A DNA stretch of 22,871 nt from a plasmid. The translations under genes were made by a program, and so were the position numbers. Shown in pieces: positions 7,706 to 15,491 of this stretch. Under the pieces are notes generated by a model. It did no database searches. It was not told where the DNA came from and worked only from the letters and a program-made list of their open reading frames with translations. The first letter of the stretch is position 1. Every line of letters begins with the position of its first letter. The stretch lies in the sequence record NZ_AP024191.1. One strand, 5' to 3'.

Positions 7706-8679
7706 AGCGCGTACTCCAGTGCTGTGGCGAGATCGAATTTGGTGGCTCGTTTCCGGTTGGCTTCGATCTTGGCAGGGGTCATGACTTTTCCGCCTTTGCT
7801 TCCGCGGTGGGCTTGGCGGGCGCGGTAGGCGTCTTCGTCGAAGTTGCGCCAGATCCATTTGCCGATGGAGTGGGCGGTGGCACGAACTTCGACGAAGGGG
7901 AGGGGGTCGGCGAACTGGGTGTTGATGGCGTGGCAGTGCTGGAGTATGAGCATCAGCCAGGCGTCGAGGCCACCGTCGCGGTGGTGCCACCACTGGGGAT
8001 ACGCCCACTTGCGGGCGGTGTCGAACATGGTGACGTTGCGGCCGAGGCCGCCGGCGCGGTCGGGTCGCCGCGGTGCTTGCCGGGGGGTGTGGATGGTGGC
8101 GAGCTGGCGCAGCGTGTACGGCGTCGACGGCCCGTAGATCGTCTCCCAATCGGGGTGGATGGGGTTCTTGGTGAGCTGCCCGCCGTAGGAGAAGTCGCCC
8201 CCGACGCAGAGCTTGAGGCCGGTTTCGATGCGGTGCGCGTACCGCAGCGGGGTCAGGCGGGCGGAGTCGGTGCGGCAGACGTGGTTCGGGCCGAGCCACC
8301 AGCCGAGGTGCGCGCGCCCGGAGGGGGACTGGGCGACCCAGTTCGGCGCCGGATGGTCTCGGGGCTTTTCGAAGGCACGCATCGCGGCGTCGGGGTGGTC
8401 GCAGTCGATGACGATGGAGCCGAGCAGCGCGTGGGGCGAATGCTCGATGTAGCGCATCGCCAGGGCGTCGCCGCGACTCATCCGGTACTGGCCGCGGTCG
8501 AGGTAGTTCGTCGCGTACGGGCGGTGCGGGAGCAGTACCTCGTCGGCCCATTGGGCGTCGTCCAGCAACAGTGCCCCCGTGGTGTCCATGGAGAGCAAGG
8601 GTGCCGCACCAAGATCGATGTTCGAGTCGGACACGCCGAGCCATATAGAAAATTCTTCGGGTAGGCCGCGCCAAGCCAT
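7702..8679 (-). CDS. repA: Plasmid replication initiator RepA, primase-like (pAL5000/ColE2-type assignment is from memory). Start assumed at ATG 8679 (MAWRG...). The ORF stays open to 8943.
   Basis: GSIVIDCDHPDA has a hhhDxD primase-polymerase-like motif. Size about 325 aa. A small HTH partner gene is coupled downstream and a repeat-rich region lies upstream. Confidence 0.6.
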   Translation of the reverse strand: MAWRGLPEEFSIWLGVSDSNIDLGAAPLLSMDTTGALLLDDAQWADEVLLPHRPYATNYLDRGQYRMSRGDALAMRYIEHSPHALLGSIVIDCDHPDAAMRAFEKPRDHPAPNWVAQSPSGRAHLGWWLGPNHVCRTDSARLTPLRYAHRIETGLKLCVGGDFSYGGQLTKNPIHPDWETIYGPSTPYTLRQLATIHTPRQAPRRPDRAGGLGRNVTMFDTARKWAYPQWWHHRDGGLDAWLMLILQHCHAINTQFADPLPFVEVRATAHSIGKWIWRNFDEDAYRARQAHRGSKGGKVMTPAKIEANRKRATKFDLATALEYAL

Positions 8680-9026
8680 ATCAGGTATCCCGGCGTCCCC
8701 TTCGGTTTTTCTGGGTGTTCCGTGGGGGATCGAGCTCCTTTTAGGGTTTCCTTCGGTTCGTAATTTCGGAAGGTCCCCGGTGATCCACGAGAGGTCGTAC
8801 GACGACAGCACCCTTCTTTCTGCTGGTTCGCTTTTGTCTTCCGTCGTACGCCCCGGGAGTGCTACAGGGGCGGTTGACGTTGGTTCGCGCCGACAAGGAC
8901 AGCAGCGGTCAGGGATCCGGGCATGGCTGACCGCAGACGACACCCGCGCCGAGTCTGGTGCGGAGCCTGCGACGGCGGGGCTTCGGCGCTCTGACTGACG
9001 CCGCTGACGGTTAGTCGGGGCCGGGT
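8680..9026. other. Putative replication origin / repA promoter region with short repeats
   Basis: CCTTCGGTT occurs twice (8699, 8750). The palindrome GTCGTACGAC (8793-8802) and CGTCGTACG (8843) are present. CTGAC occurs at least 4 times in 8925-9010. The region is relatively AT-richer than its surroundings. Confidence 0.4.
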
Positions 9027-9407
9027 TTACGGGCCGAGTTCGTGGTCGATGCGGGCTCGATAACGTTCGCGGAGCTCGTCGACGTCGGCGTCGGCGTAGA
9101 GGGCGCGGGCAATCTCGTCCCAGGACAGGCCGCCGGCGAGCGCGTTCTTGATGATCATGTGCCGTTGGTCTTCGACGCAGCGGCGGAGTTCCCCGACGAA
9201 CGCGAGCGCGGTCTTGTGGTCGTCGACGGTCAGCGGCGGCAGGTCGTCTCGACAGATCCGTTTGCCGGTGGCGCGGAAGTAGCGGCCGAGTTGTTCGACG
9301 GGCTCGGTGGTGTTCGGTGGATCCATCCGGATCGTCCAGTCGACGATGTGACGCCGATTGTCGTCGGTCACAGCGGTGTCCCTTCTCGGGGCGCGGGCAC
9401 GCTTCAC
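9027..9407 (-). CDS. Hypothetical protein with a possible C-terminal HTH (GGLSWDEIARAL). The true start may be internal.
   Basis: Protein-like composition. No recognisable SD before GTG 9407. Confidence 0.35.
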   Translation of the reverse strand: MKRARAPRRDTAVTDDNRRHIVDWTIRMDPPNTTEPVEQLGRYFRATGKRICRDDLPPLTVDDHKTALAFVGELRRCVEDQRHMIIKNALAGGLSWDEIARALYADADVDELRERYRARIDHELGP

Positions 9408-9427
9408 GGGTGGTCGGTGGGTGTGGG

Positions 9428-10030
9428 TCAGCGATTCGGTTTCTTCGCCTGGAGGCGTTCGAGCGCGCGGCGTTGCTGCCGTGACATTCCCGCGGTGTCG
9501 CGGCTCGGGATGACGGCTTCCGGCGGCGGTGGGGTGGTGCGGCGGCGGTAGTCGTCCAGGCGTGGCGTGATGCGGAGGACGGCCTCGTGCAGGGGAGTGG
9601 GGAGTTGTTGCCCGGTCAGTCGCGGGCCGAGTCCGGCGCTGAAGAAGTCCAGGATCTTCGCGAGTAAGTCGGGGTTGCGCATGACGTGCATCGCGACATC
9701 GTGGTTATCGAGGTAGCGGGCGGGAGTCGCCGTGGGCGGAGGATCCCGGTACTCGACGGCGGGCACCGGAACGGGTTTTTCGATGGTGCGGGTCTGCCGG
9801 ATCACCTGCATCCCGACGGCGCCGGCGCGGGCCGCCTTGCGGGCGCTGTGGGCGTCGCGGCGGCACTGATCGCTGCACCACACCCGCGGCCGGCCCCGCC
9901 CCGAATGCGTCGGAACCGGGGTCTGGCACCACGGGCAGATTCCCGGATCCGCGTCCTCGTCGGTGCGGCGATCCGCAGGATCCACGGCCGCGTTTTCGGT
10001 GTCCTCGTGCGGCGGTTCGGGCGTGCTCAT
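9428..10030 (-). CDS. Hypothetical zinc-ribbon protein (CPWC...WCSDQCRRDAHSARK), 200 aa. Start taken at ATG 10030 rather than the track's 10633.
   Basis: The upstream part of the track ORF 9428..10633 is R/S/P-rich, contains the 9-bp tandem repeat and looks non-coding. Sequence from MSTPEPP... onward has ordinary composition. Confidence 0.5.
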   Translation of the reverse strand: MSTPEPPHEDTENAAVDPADRRTDEDADPGICPWCQTPVPTHSGRGRPRVWCSDQCRRDAHSARKAARAGAVGMQVIRQTRTIEKPVPVPAVEYRDPPPTATPARYLDNHDVAMHVMRNPDLLAKILDFFSAGLGPRLTGQQLPTPLHEAVLRITPRLDDYRRRTTPPPPEAVIPSRDTAGMSRQQRRALERLQAKKPNR

Positions 10031-10071
10031 GGCCGGAAGCTTATTTCGTCGCGCCAAAATTTCACATTTAG

Positions 10072-10087
10072 TGCAAGAGGTGTGTGG
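10072..10087. repeat. Copy A of a 16-bp long-range inverted repeat TGCAAGAGGTGTGTGG (flanks TTAgTGCAAGAGGTGTGTGGtG)
   Basis: Exact reverse complement of 11485..11500. Lies about 40 bp upstream of the zinc-ribbon gene start. Confidence 0.6.
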
Positions 10088-10516
10088 TGCTTTTGGGCTG
10101 GACCGGCTGGGCCACAGCCGGGTGAGAACTGTGGAAGCGGAGGTGGAGGGATCGGTGGCGGGAGGTAGGTCGGGTACGGCACTTGGTGCGGCAGCTCGGG
10201 TTGCTCGTTCGGCGTTGTCGTCGCTTCCCCGCGGGCGGATCCGCCGGCCGTGTGCGGGCGCTGATCGTCGAGCGGTGCCGAGTGCCTTTCTCGGCACCGA
10301 CACCGGCGACGGAGCCGTCGACCCGGCGCGAGGGCGGGAGCTGTCTCGTCCCGAGAATCGGAAAAGCGGGTACTGCCGCGAGGCCGCTGCGCGACCTCTT
10401 GCCCTCCGATTCCACGCGCAGACGCGACTTGTGTGCGCGACGGTTTCGCTGGGATAGCCGCGGCCGATTCTTGTGCAACTTGCGAAGCCGTAGTGGGGCC
10501 CCGGGAGCGGAGGAAC

Positions 10517-10582
10517 GAGCAGAGCGAGCAGAGCGAGCAGAGCAAGCAGAGCGAGCAGAGCAAGCAGAGCAAGCAGAGCAAG
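10517..10582. repeat. Tandem repeat, about 7.3 copies of the 9-bp unit RAGCAGAGC
   Basis: Seen in sequence (GAGCAGAGC three times, then AAGCAGAGC, GAGCAGAGC, AAGCAGAGC twice, then AAG). It produces SEQ/SKQ or LAL runs in the overlapping track ORFs. Confidence 0.9.
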
Positions 10583-10587
10583 ATATT

Positions 10588-10607
10588 GCAAAACCCCGGG
10601 GTTTTGC
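10588..10607. repeat. 20-bp perfect palindrome GCAAAACCCCGGGGTTTTGC
   Basis: Seen in sequence. Sits 5 bp after the tandem repeat. There is no loop, so it could be a protein-binding site or a cruciform-type hairpin. Confidence 0.85.
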
Positions 10608-10772
10608 CTTGTGCCTGCCGCAGGCCCGGTCACCGGGAGGTGAGGAGTCGGTGGGCCGCCGTCCCCTTCTCCCGGGCGGCCGAGGTGGGTTCGGCGAGTG
10701 GCGGAGTCGGGTTGGCGCGGGGGGTCATCGGGCGCACGTGGCGGTGGCCGCGGCCTCGCCGCCGGCGGGTGG

Positions 10773-11015
10773 TCAGGTGCCGGTCTCGACCCACTCGATC
10801 ACGGCGTCGGCCGGTGCGGCGGCGCCCAGGGTGTCGAGGTACTCGAGGACCATCGCGCGGGCGTCGTCGAGATCGCGGGTGCCGTAGGTCTGGGTGGTGC
10901 CGTGGCCGTCGATGTCGAGCTCGAGACCGGCCACCCGGCGGCGACCCTGCCACCACGGACCGCGGGTCTGCCACCGGCTCACGGTCACCCGAAGCGTGTT
11001 CATCACGGCCAGCAT
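10773..11015 (-). CDS. Small protein with a HicB-like (UPF0150-fold) antitoxin signature, 80 aa
   Basis: GHGTTQTYGTRDLDDARAMVLEYLDTL resembles the HicB N-domain G.VTQG.T.EEA....DAL. The plus-strand ORF overlapping it is G/A/V-rich antisense. Confidence 0.35.
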   Translation of the reverse strand: MLAVMNTLRVTVSRWQTRGPWWQGRRRVAGLELDIDGHGTTQTYGTRDLDDARAMVLEYLDTLGAAAPADAVIEWVETGT

Positions 11016-11051
11016 GCCACCCCCGCCGGCGGGTACGGCGGTGCTTTCGGG

Positions 11052-11282
11052 TCAGGCGAGGTGGATGCGGTGATCGCCGAGATCGACCTCGAGCCGCAGA
11101 CCCACGCCGAGCGTGTCGGTGTAGGCGCGGACCGTCTCGACCGTCAGCGCACCCAGCTCGCCGTGCTCGATCGCCGCGACCGCGGCGACGTCGATGCCGG
11201 CACGTGTGGCGACGTCACCGCGCGAGAGTCCGGTCGCCTCCCGCAGCTCGAGTAGCCGCTGTCCGCGGAGGCGCCGCAGCAT
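11052..11282 (-). CDS. XRE-family HTH transcriptional regulator, 76 aa. Start is the internal ATG of the track ORF 11052..11921.
   Basis: LRELREATGLSRGDVATRAGIDVAAVAAIEHGE is a Cro/C1-type HTH. The upstream part of the track ORF is R/P/S-rich and non-coding-like. Confidence 0.7.
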   Translation of the reverse strand: MLRRLRGQRLLELREATGLSRGDVATRAGIDVAAVAAIEHGELGALTVETVRAYTDTLGVGLRLEVDLGDHRIHLA

Positions 11283-11484
11283 CCGCGCCTTGTGCGCGGC
11301 GACCGCCTCCGCGTCGGCGGGCCGGCGGGCCAGTAGGGCATCGAGACCGACCACGCTCACGCTCCTTGTCTGCACCCGCCGATCGGATCGACGGAAGTGT
11401 TCGCAGCATCGAGCAGACCACCACCGCCGCCGCCGCGTCCACCCCGCGGCCGGAAAAACGTCCCGTCGAAAAAGAGTCGAAACC

Positions 11485-11500
11485 CCACACACCTCTTGCA
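11485..11500. repeat. Copy B of the 16-bp inverted repeat CCACACACCTCTTGCA (extended CCCCACACACCTCTTGCATTAA)
   Basis: Reverse complement of 10072..10087. Lies in the divergent promoter region between the XRE gene (minus) and the plus-strand operon starting at 11818. Confidence 0.6.
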
Positions 11501-11817
11501 TTAAGGTAACGAAAAGATAACGACGCTGGTGGGGGCTTCCCGGACCTTCCGCTGCAGACCGGTGGACGGGGGCAGGCGGCGGGCGCCTGGGCGGTGTCGC
11601 ACCGAGGTGCGAGAGTGAGCACAACGGCCGTGCGCGACGGCTGAGAAGAGGTGATGGCGGTGAGCGACGGGGAACGCAGCGAGCAGGACTGGGAGCAGGC
11701 GGCGCAGTGGGCCGAACACGCGATGCGGCTGCCGGCAGTGTCGGTGACAGCACGGCGCGGTGCGGACGCGACTCACGTGGGCCGGCGACTGCTCGCACGC
11801 ACCCAAGAGCAGAACCG

Positions 11818-12111
11818 ATGACTATCGACGACGCGGCGCGGCCGCCGGACGGGACGGGTGATCTGGCGCGGCGGCTACGGCAGGCCCGCGCCGAGCTACT
11901 CGCGCTCGACCGCACCCTCACCGCACTCGCGGCCGCCTACGACGAGCTCCCCGACGGATCGCTCAGCGAGGCCGATCGTGCCGCCCGCATCGAGATCATC
12001 GACAGCCTCTCCGACACCCAGATCGCCCTCGGGGAGGCCGGCGAGCCGTTCGCCAGCGCCCTCTGGAACGCCGACCGGCTCGCCGGAGAACCCGCCCCCG
12101 GCCACACATAG
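11818..12111 (+). CDS. Hypothetical protein, 97 aa (first gene of a plus-strand operon)
   Basis: Internal ATG of the track ORF 11707..12111. Ordinary amino-acid composition. Confidence 0.45.
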   Translation: MTIDDAARPPDGTGDLARRLRQARAELLALDRTLTALAAAYDELPDGSLSEADRAARIEIIDSLSDTQIALGEAGEPFASALWNADRLAGEPAPGHT

Positions 12112-12183
12112 AGACCATCCGGGGTTCGGCGACCGGGCGCCGGGAAACCGGTTGCAGCAACTGCCACAATGGACGACACACGT

Positions 12184-12208
12184 CCCCGCCGTACCCCTTG
12201 CGGCGGGG
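12184..12208. terminator. Hairpin CCCCGCCG-(9 nt)-CGGCGGGG between the first and second genes of the plus-strand operon (attenuator/terminator candidate)
   Basis: 8-bp perfect GC stem seen in sequence. No U-tract. Confidence 0.35.
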
Positions 12209-12239
12209 ATGTCTCATCTCCCCGGCGCCCGCTGTTCCG

Positions 12240-12614
12240 ATGCAGCAGGGGCGGATCGAGTGGAAGGGGCCTGTGGTGGTCGTGACCCGCAAGGTGTTCC
12301 GGCAGAAGATGCTGCAGGCGGCGATCCTGGCCAAGATCGACCGCGAGCACCTGCGGATCGACACCGACCGGGTGCGCGAGAGCCTGCAGACGGTTCGCCG
12401 CAACGTCTCCCGCGACCGGTTGATGCTCTCCTACCTTGTCTGGTGGGAGCGGATCGTCGACGGCAACGACATCGAGGAACTACGTGCCGTGGTCGCCCGG
12501 GACGACGAGACCGGCAACGACATGCGCAACCTATCGCCGCTGTACGTGTTGTTCACCGAAGACGAGCGCCGGCAGTTCCTCGAGGCGTTCTGGGCCCAGT
12601 GGTCGCTGCAGTGA
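12240..12614 (+). CDS. Hypothetical protein, 124 aa
   Basis: High third-position GC and ordinary composition. Its stop overlaps the next gene's start (GTGA). Confidence 0.5.
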   Translation: MQQGRIEWKGPVVVVTRKVFRQKMLQAAILAKIDREHLRIDTDRVRESLQTVRRNVSRDRLMLSYLVWWERIVDGNDIEELRAVVARDDETGNDMRNLSPLYVLFTEDERRQFLEAFWAQWSLQ

Positions 12615-12883
12615 CTTCTCCAGGCTTCCGGTCAACGGAGCTCCGCCCCTACGCTGCGGCGGTGAACGCGGACCACAGCTACGACATCCTGACGATCGAA
12701 CTCGGTCCTTACGACGACCTTGCGACGTTGACGCGGGATCTGGCGAACCACGCTGGAACCGCAGCCACGCTCGCGTGGCAGGAAGAAGGCCGTGTCGTCG
12801 TATCGGTATCGCACTCCGTCACGGCCATCGATGGAAAGTTCTTCGGAACTGTCCTGCTGACGACTGACCTACAGTCCGCGTAG
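12611..12883 (+). CDS. Hypothetical protein, 90 aa, translationally coupled (GTGA) to the upstream gene
   Basis: C-terminal part of the track ORF 11858..12883, in the same frame. The upstream part is R/P-rich antisense-like. Confidence 0.45.
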   Translation: MTSPGFRSTELRPYAAAVNADHSYDILTIELGPYDDLATLTRDLANHAGTAATLAWQEEGRVVVSVSHSVTAIDGKFFGTVLLTTDLQSA

Positions 12884-12940
12884 CTGTTCCCAAGGCTCGG
12901 GACACTGCTCTGCACGTAGTCAGTTTGGAAGACTGATGCG

Positions 12941-12971
12941 CCACGAATGGCCGGTACAGCCGTACTTTGGG
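12941..12971. terminator. Hairpin GGCCGGTAC-(13 nt)-GTACCGGCC
   Basis: 9-bp perfect stem seen in sequence. Lies between the 90-aa gene and the 501-aa gene. Confidence 0.3.
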
Positions 12972-13001
12972 TACCGGCCGAGAGGGTTCTGCTGAACTCG
13001 T

Positions 13002-14507
13002 GTGGTGGTTGCACTCGATACGCCTCTGAATGCACGTCAGCTCGAGATCCTGCAGTGGGTGGGCGCGGGCTGTCAGGCCCGTGAGTGGCCGGACTCGACC
13101 TATAAGACCGTGGCGATCGCCCTACAGAATCGGCGGCTGATCGCGATCTCGAAGAAGGGCGGGACGTGGAGCGCCAGCGTCCTCGACGCCGGCCGTCACT
13201 ACCTGGACCACGGAACGTATCCGATCGGGCACCTGAAACCGAAGCGAGCAGCGCCGTCTCCGTCCTCGACCGCGATCCGTGACCGGCAGACACGTCGCCC
13301 AGCCGCGCGAGGCCCTGTGCCGACACCGACTTTGGCGCCGGCGGCTGATGCCGAAAAGGACCGTGTCCCGGCGGCGCCGAAGCTGACTCCGACACGGCAA
13401 CTGCTCCAGGACATCACCGAGGCCGGTGGCACATTGACCCGCAACGTCAAGGACGACAAGACCCAGTACGCGATGCTCGTCTCCACGATCAACCGGCGAG
13501 GAATGGCCCCGGATGGGCAGCGCCTGATCATGGATACCGGTGCGACCTACTACGACCGGATCTTCCACTTCGACGATCTTCCGGAGTGGAAGACGATGCC
13601 GCCCCGGGACGTCGTCGCCGCCGCACGGATCGGCCGCTGGCATCCGGTGGTGGCCCAGATCCGCGACGACCGCCGCGCGACCGTGTTCACCGTCGAGGTC
13701 CGGACCCGGGCGCTGCGCATCCTGCACGCGATCGCCACCGAAGCGGAGGCGAGAGGCCACCAGGTGAGCGCGCCAGCGAAAAACACCCCCTACGGGGGCG
13801 GTCGCAATGCGCACAAGGAAACCGGGCAACTCGTCATCAGCATCCGGTCCCGCCGGTTCTTCGTCAGCCTGCACCAGCGCGACGACTACACCCCGCACGC
13901 GCCCACACCGAAGGAACTCGACGAGCAGCGCAAGTGGGAATGGAGACGGCCCCCGAAATGGGACACCACCCCCGGCAAGCGCCTGAAGCTGAGCATCTAC
14001 GGTGACGTCTTCCACGGGTGGGAGAGGCAGTGGGACGACTCGAAGACCCTCAAGGTTCGGATCGAGGACCATCTGGCCGACGCCATGGAGATGATCGAGG
14101 ACGTCGTCGGCCGGGAAGAGGCGCGCCGGGCCGCCGAGCAGCGGGCGTTGGAGGAAGAGAACCGCAGGAGAGAAGCCGCCGAACAGCTCATCGCGGGCCG
14201 GCACGCCGAAAACGTGCGCGCCGAAGTCCTCGACCGACAACTCGCCGCCTGGCAGCACACGACCGCGCTGCGCGAGTACCTCGCCGCGATGTCGGCCCGG
14301 ATCGACACCGTTACCGACGAGTCTGCCCGCCAGGCGGCCACCGCATGGCTGCACTGGTGTCAGCGGCACGTCGACTCCCGCGACCCACTCCACCGGCCTC
14401 CGGCGATGCCGGCCATCCGGTCAGCGACCTGGGAAGAGCGCTCGGCCCTGCTCCGGGCGATCATGGCCGAACTCGCTGCAGATCCCGCCGCCGGCGGCGA
14501 ATCCTGA
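13002..14507 (+). CDS. Large hypothetical protein (501 aa). N-terminal winged-helix-like segment and a C-terminal E/R/A-rich coiled-coil-like segment.
   Basis: LNARQLEILQWVGAG...TVAIALQNRRLIAISKKG at the N-terminus. EEARRAAEQRALEEENRRREAAEQL at the C-terminus. No catalytic motif recognised. Confidence 0.5.
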   Translation: MVVALDTPLNARQLEILQWVGAGCQAREWPDSTYKTVAIALQNRRLIAISKKGGTWSASVLDAGRHYLDHGTYPIGHLKPKRAAPSPSSTAIRDRQTRRPAARGPVPTPTLAPAADAEKDRVPAAPKLTPTRQLLQDITEAGGTLTRNVKDDKTQYAMLVSTINRRGMAPDGQRLIMDTGATYYDRIFHFDDLPEWKTMPPRDVVAAARIGRWHPVVAQIRDDRRATVFTVEVRTRALRILHAIATEAEARGHQVSAPAKNTPYGGGRNAHKETGQLVISIRSRRFFVSLHQRDDYTPHAPTPKELDEQRKWEWRRPPKWDTTPGKRLKLSIYGDVFHGWERQWDDSKTLKVRIEDHLADAMEMIEDVVGREEARRAAEQRALEEENRRREAAEQLIAGRHAENVRAEVLDRQLAAWQHTTALREYLAAMSARIDTVTDESARQAATAWLHWCQRHVDSRDPLHRPPAMPAIRSATWEERSALLRAIMAELAADPAAGGES

Positions 14508-14629
14508 TGCGTGCAGGTCGGGCACATGGAGGGCCTGCGAAGCCGGTTCAGTGCAGGAACGCCCTGGGTAGTCGGGCGGATCACTGCTGCTCGATCGACA
14601 GATTCGTACTTTAGAAGTAGTTTTAATGT

Positions 14630-15106
14630 ATGAGTGTGGATGAGGTGACGTTCTCGGAGCTGCAGTTGCAGGGGAAGGCGACGGTCGAGCGGCTGCGTCG
14701 CTCACCGGCCCAGTCGCTGCTGGTGCGGCGTCGTGATGCCGAGGACCTGGTGCTGACCACGGCGGCGCGGGCGGAGCTCGAGCACACTGCGGCGTCGGTG
14801 ACGACACGGATGTTCGTGGCGTTGATGCAGCGCGATCCGCGGGCGCGGGAGTTGGTCACCGATGTGCTGCCCGAGGTGTTCCCGTGGGTAGCGTTCCTCT
14901 CCCGCGAAGAGGTACAGGAGTTCGTCGTCGAGCTGGTGGAGACCCTGCGGGCGGCGGAATCGCTCGACAACCCAGCTCCGGTGGTACAGGTGATCGAGGC
15001 CTGGCGGCACACCGCGGAGGTGCTGGCCGACCCCGAGCTGGCGGCGATCCTGGCGGCCGACACCGATGAGGACCTCGGCACCGTCCCCGCACCGGACGCT
15101 GCGTGA
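14630..15106 (+). CDS. Phd/YefM-like antitoxin with a long C-terminal extension (158 aa)
   Basis: The N-terminus VTFSELQ..ATVERL...LLVRRRDAEDLVLTTAARAELE fits the Phd/YefM pattern. Its stop overlaps the next gene's GTG (GTGA). Confidence 0.5.
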   Translation: MSVDEVTFSELQLQGKATVERLRRSPAQSLLVRRRDAEDLVLTTAARAELEHTAASVTTRMFVALMQRDPRARELVTDVLPEVFPWVAFLSREEVQEFVVELVETLRAAESLDNPAPVVQVIEAWRHTAEVLADPELAAILAADTDEDLGTVPAPDAA

Positions 15107-15459
15107 GCCCGAAACGCGGCGACCGGGTCGCCCCACCCGCGGACCCGGCCGGTGGGTGGGAGCTGCGGTTCGCCACCACCGACGCGGTCAAGGGCTGGGA
15201 CGCGCTGTGCCAGCAGGCGCCGGCGAACACTCTCACCGCCTGGAACGAACTGCGCTCACGCCCCGCCACCCCTGCTCCGACCCCGCGGCACCACCAGCTC
15301 AAAGGCTCCCTCGCCACCGCCACCCACGGAGGGACGGTAATGGAGCAGTGGCAATACGAAGTCACCGCCGGCGGGCGTGTTTGGTACCTGGTCGACACCA
15401 CCCGGCGCACCCTGTGGATCAAGGCCGCTGGGACCGGCCACCCCAAGGTCACCGACTGA
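15103..15459 (+). CDS. RelE/ParE-superfamily toxin
   Basis: HHQLKGSL...GGTVMEQWQYEVTAGGRVWYLVDTTRRTLWIKAAGTGHPK matches the RelE/ParE C-terminal core (LkG.....YRirvgdYRiiY.i..e...v.il.vghRk). Confidence 0.65.
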   Translation: MSPKRGDRVAPPADPAGGWELRFATTDAVKGWDALCQQAPANTLTAWNELRSRPATPAPTPRHHQLKGSLATATHGGTVMEQWQYEVTAGGRVWYLVDTTRRTLWIKAAGTGHPKVTD

Positions 15460-15491
15460 GTGGGGAGTGGCCGGTGTGCCGATCGACGTGA

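Noticed and set aside
7807-8664. 285-aa plus-strand ORF
   Set aside because: Antisense to repA. G/A/V-rich with no motifs.
7412-8674. 420-aa minus-strand track ORF
   Set aside because: It is a chimera. Only the last 97 codons (repB) look real. The upstream part is R/P-rich antisense of repA in another frame.
10517-10582. Possible CRISPR array
   Set aside because: The 9-bp unit is far too short, there are no spacers, and there are no cas genes.
9428-10633. N-terminal 200 codons of the 401-aa ORF, including the LALLALL run
   Set aside because: The leucine-alanine run is just the 9-bp tandem repeat read in frame. The surrounding sequence is R/S/P-rich. The gene most likely starts at ATG 10030.
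10183-11509. Long plus-strand ORFs (234, 358, 185 aa) across the repeat region
   Set aside because: Low-complexity R/G/A composition with repeat-derived SEQ/SKQ runs. Antisense to the XRE and HicB-like genes.
11052-11921. 289-aa minus-strand ORF and the overlapping 11215..11622 and 11501..11806 ORFs
   Set aside because: Only the terminal 76 codons carry an XRE HTH. The remainder is P/R/S-rich and is treated as a non-coding promoter region.
13122-14393. 423-aa minus-strand ORF
   Set aside because: Antisense to the 501-aa plus-strand gene. R/G-rich junk composition.
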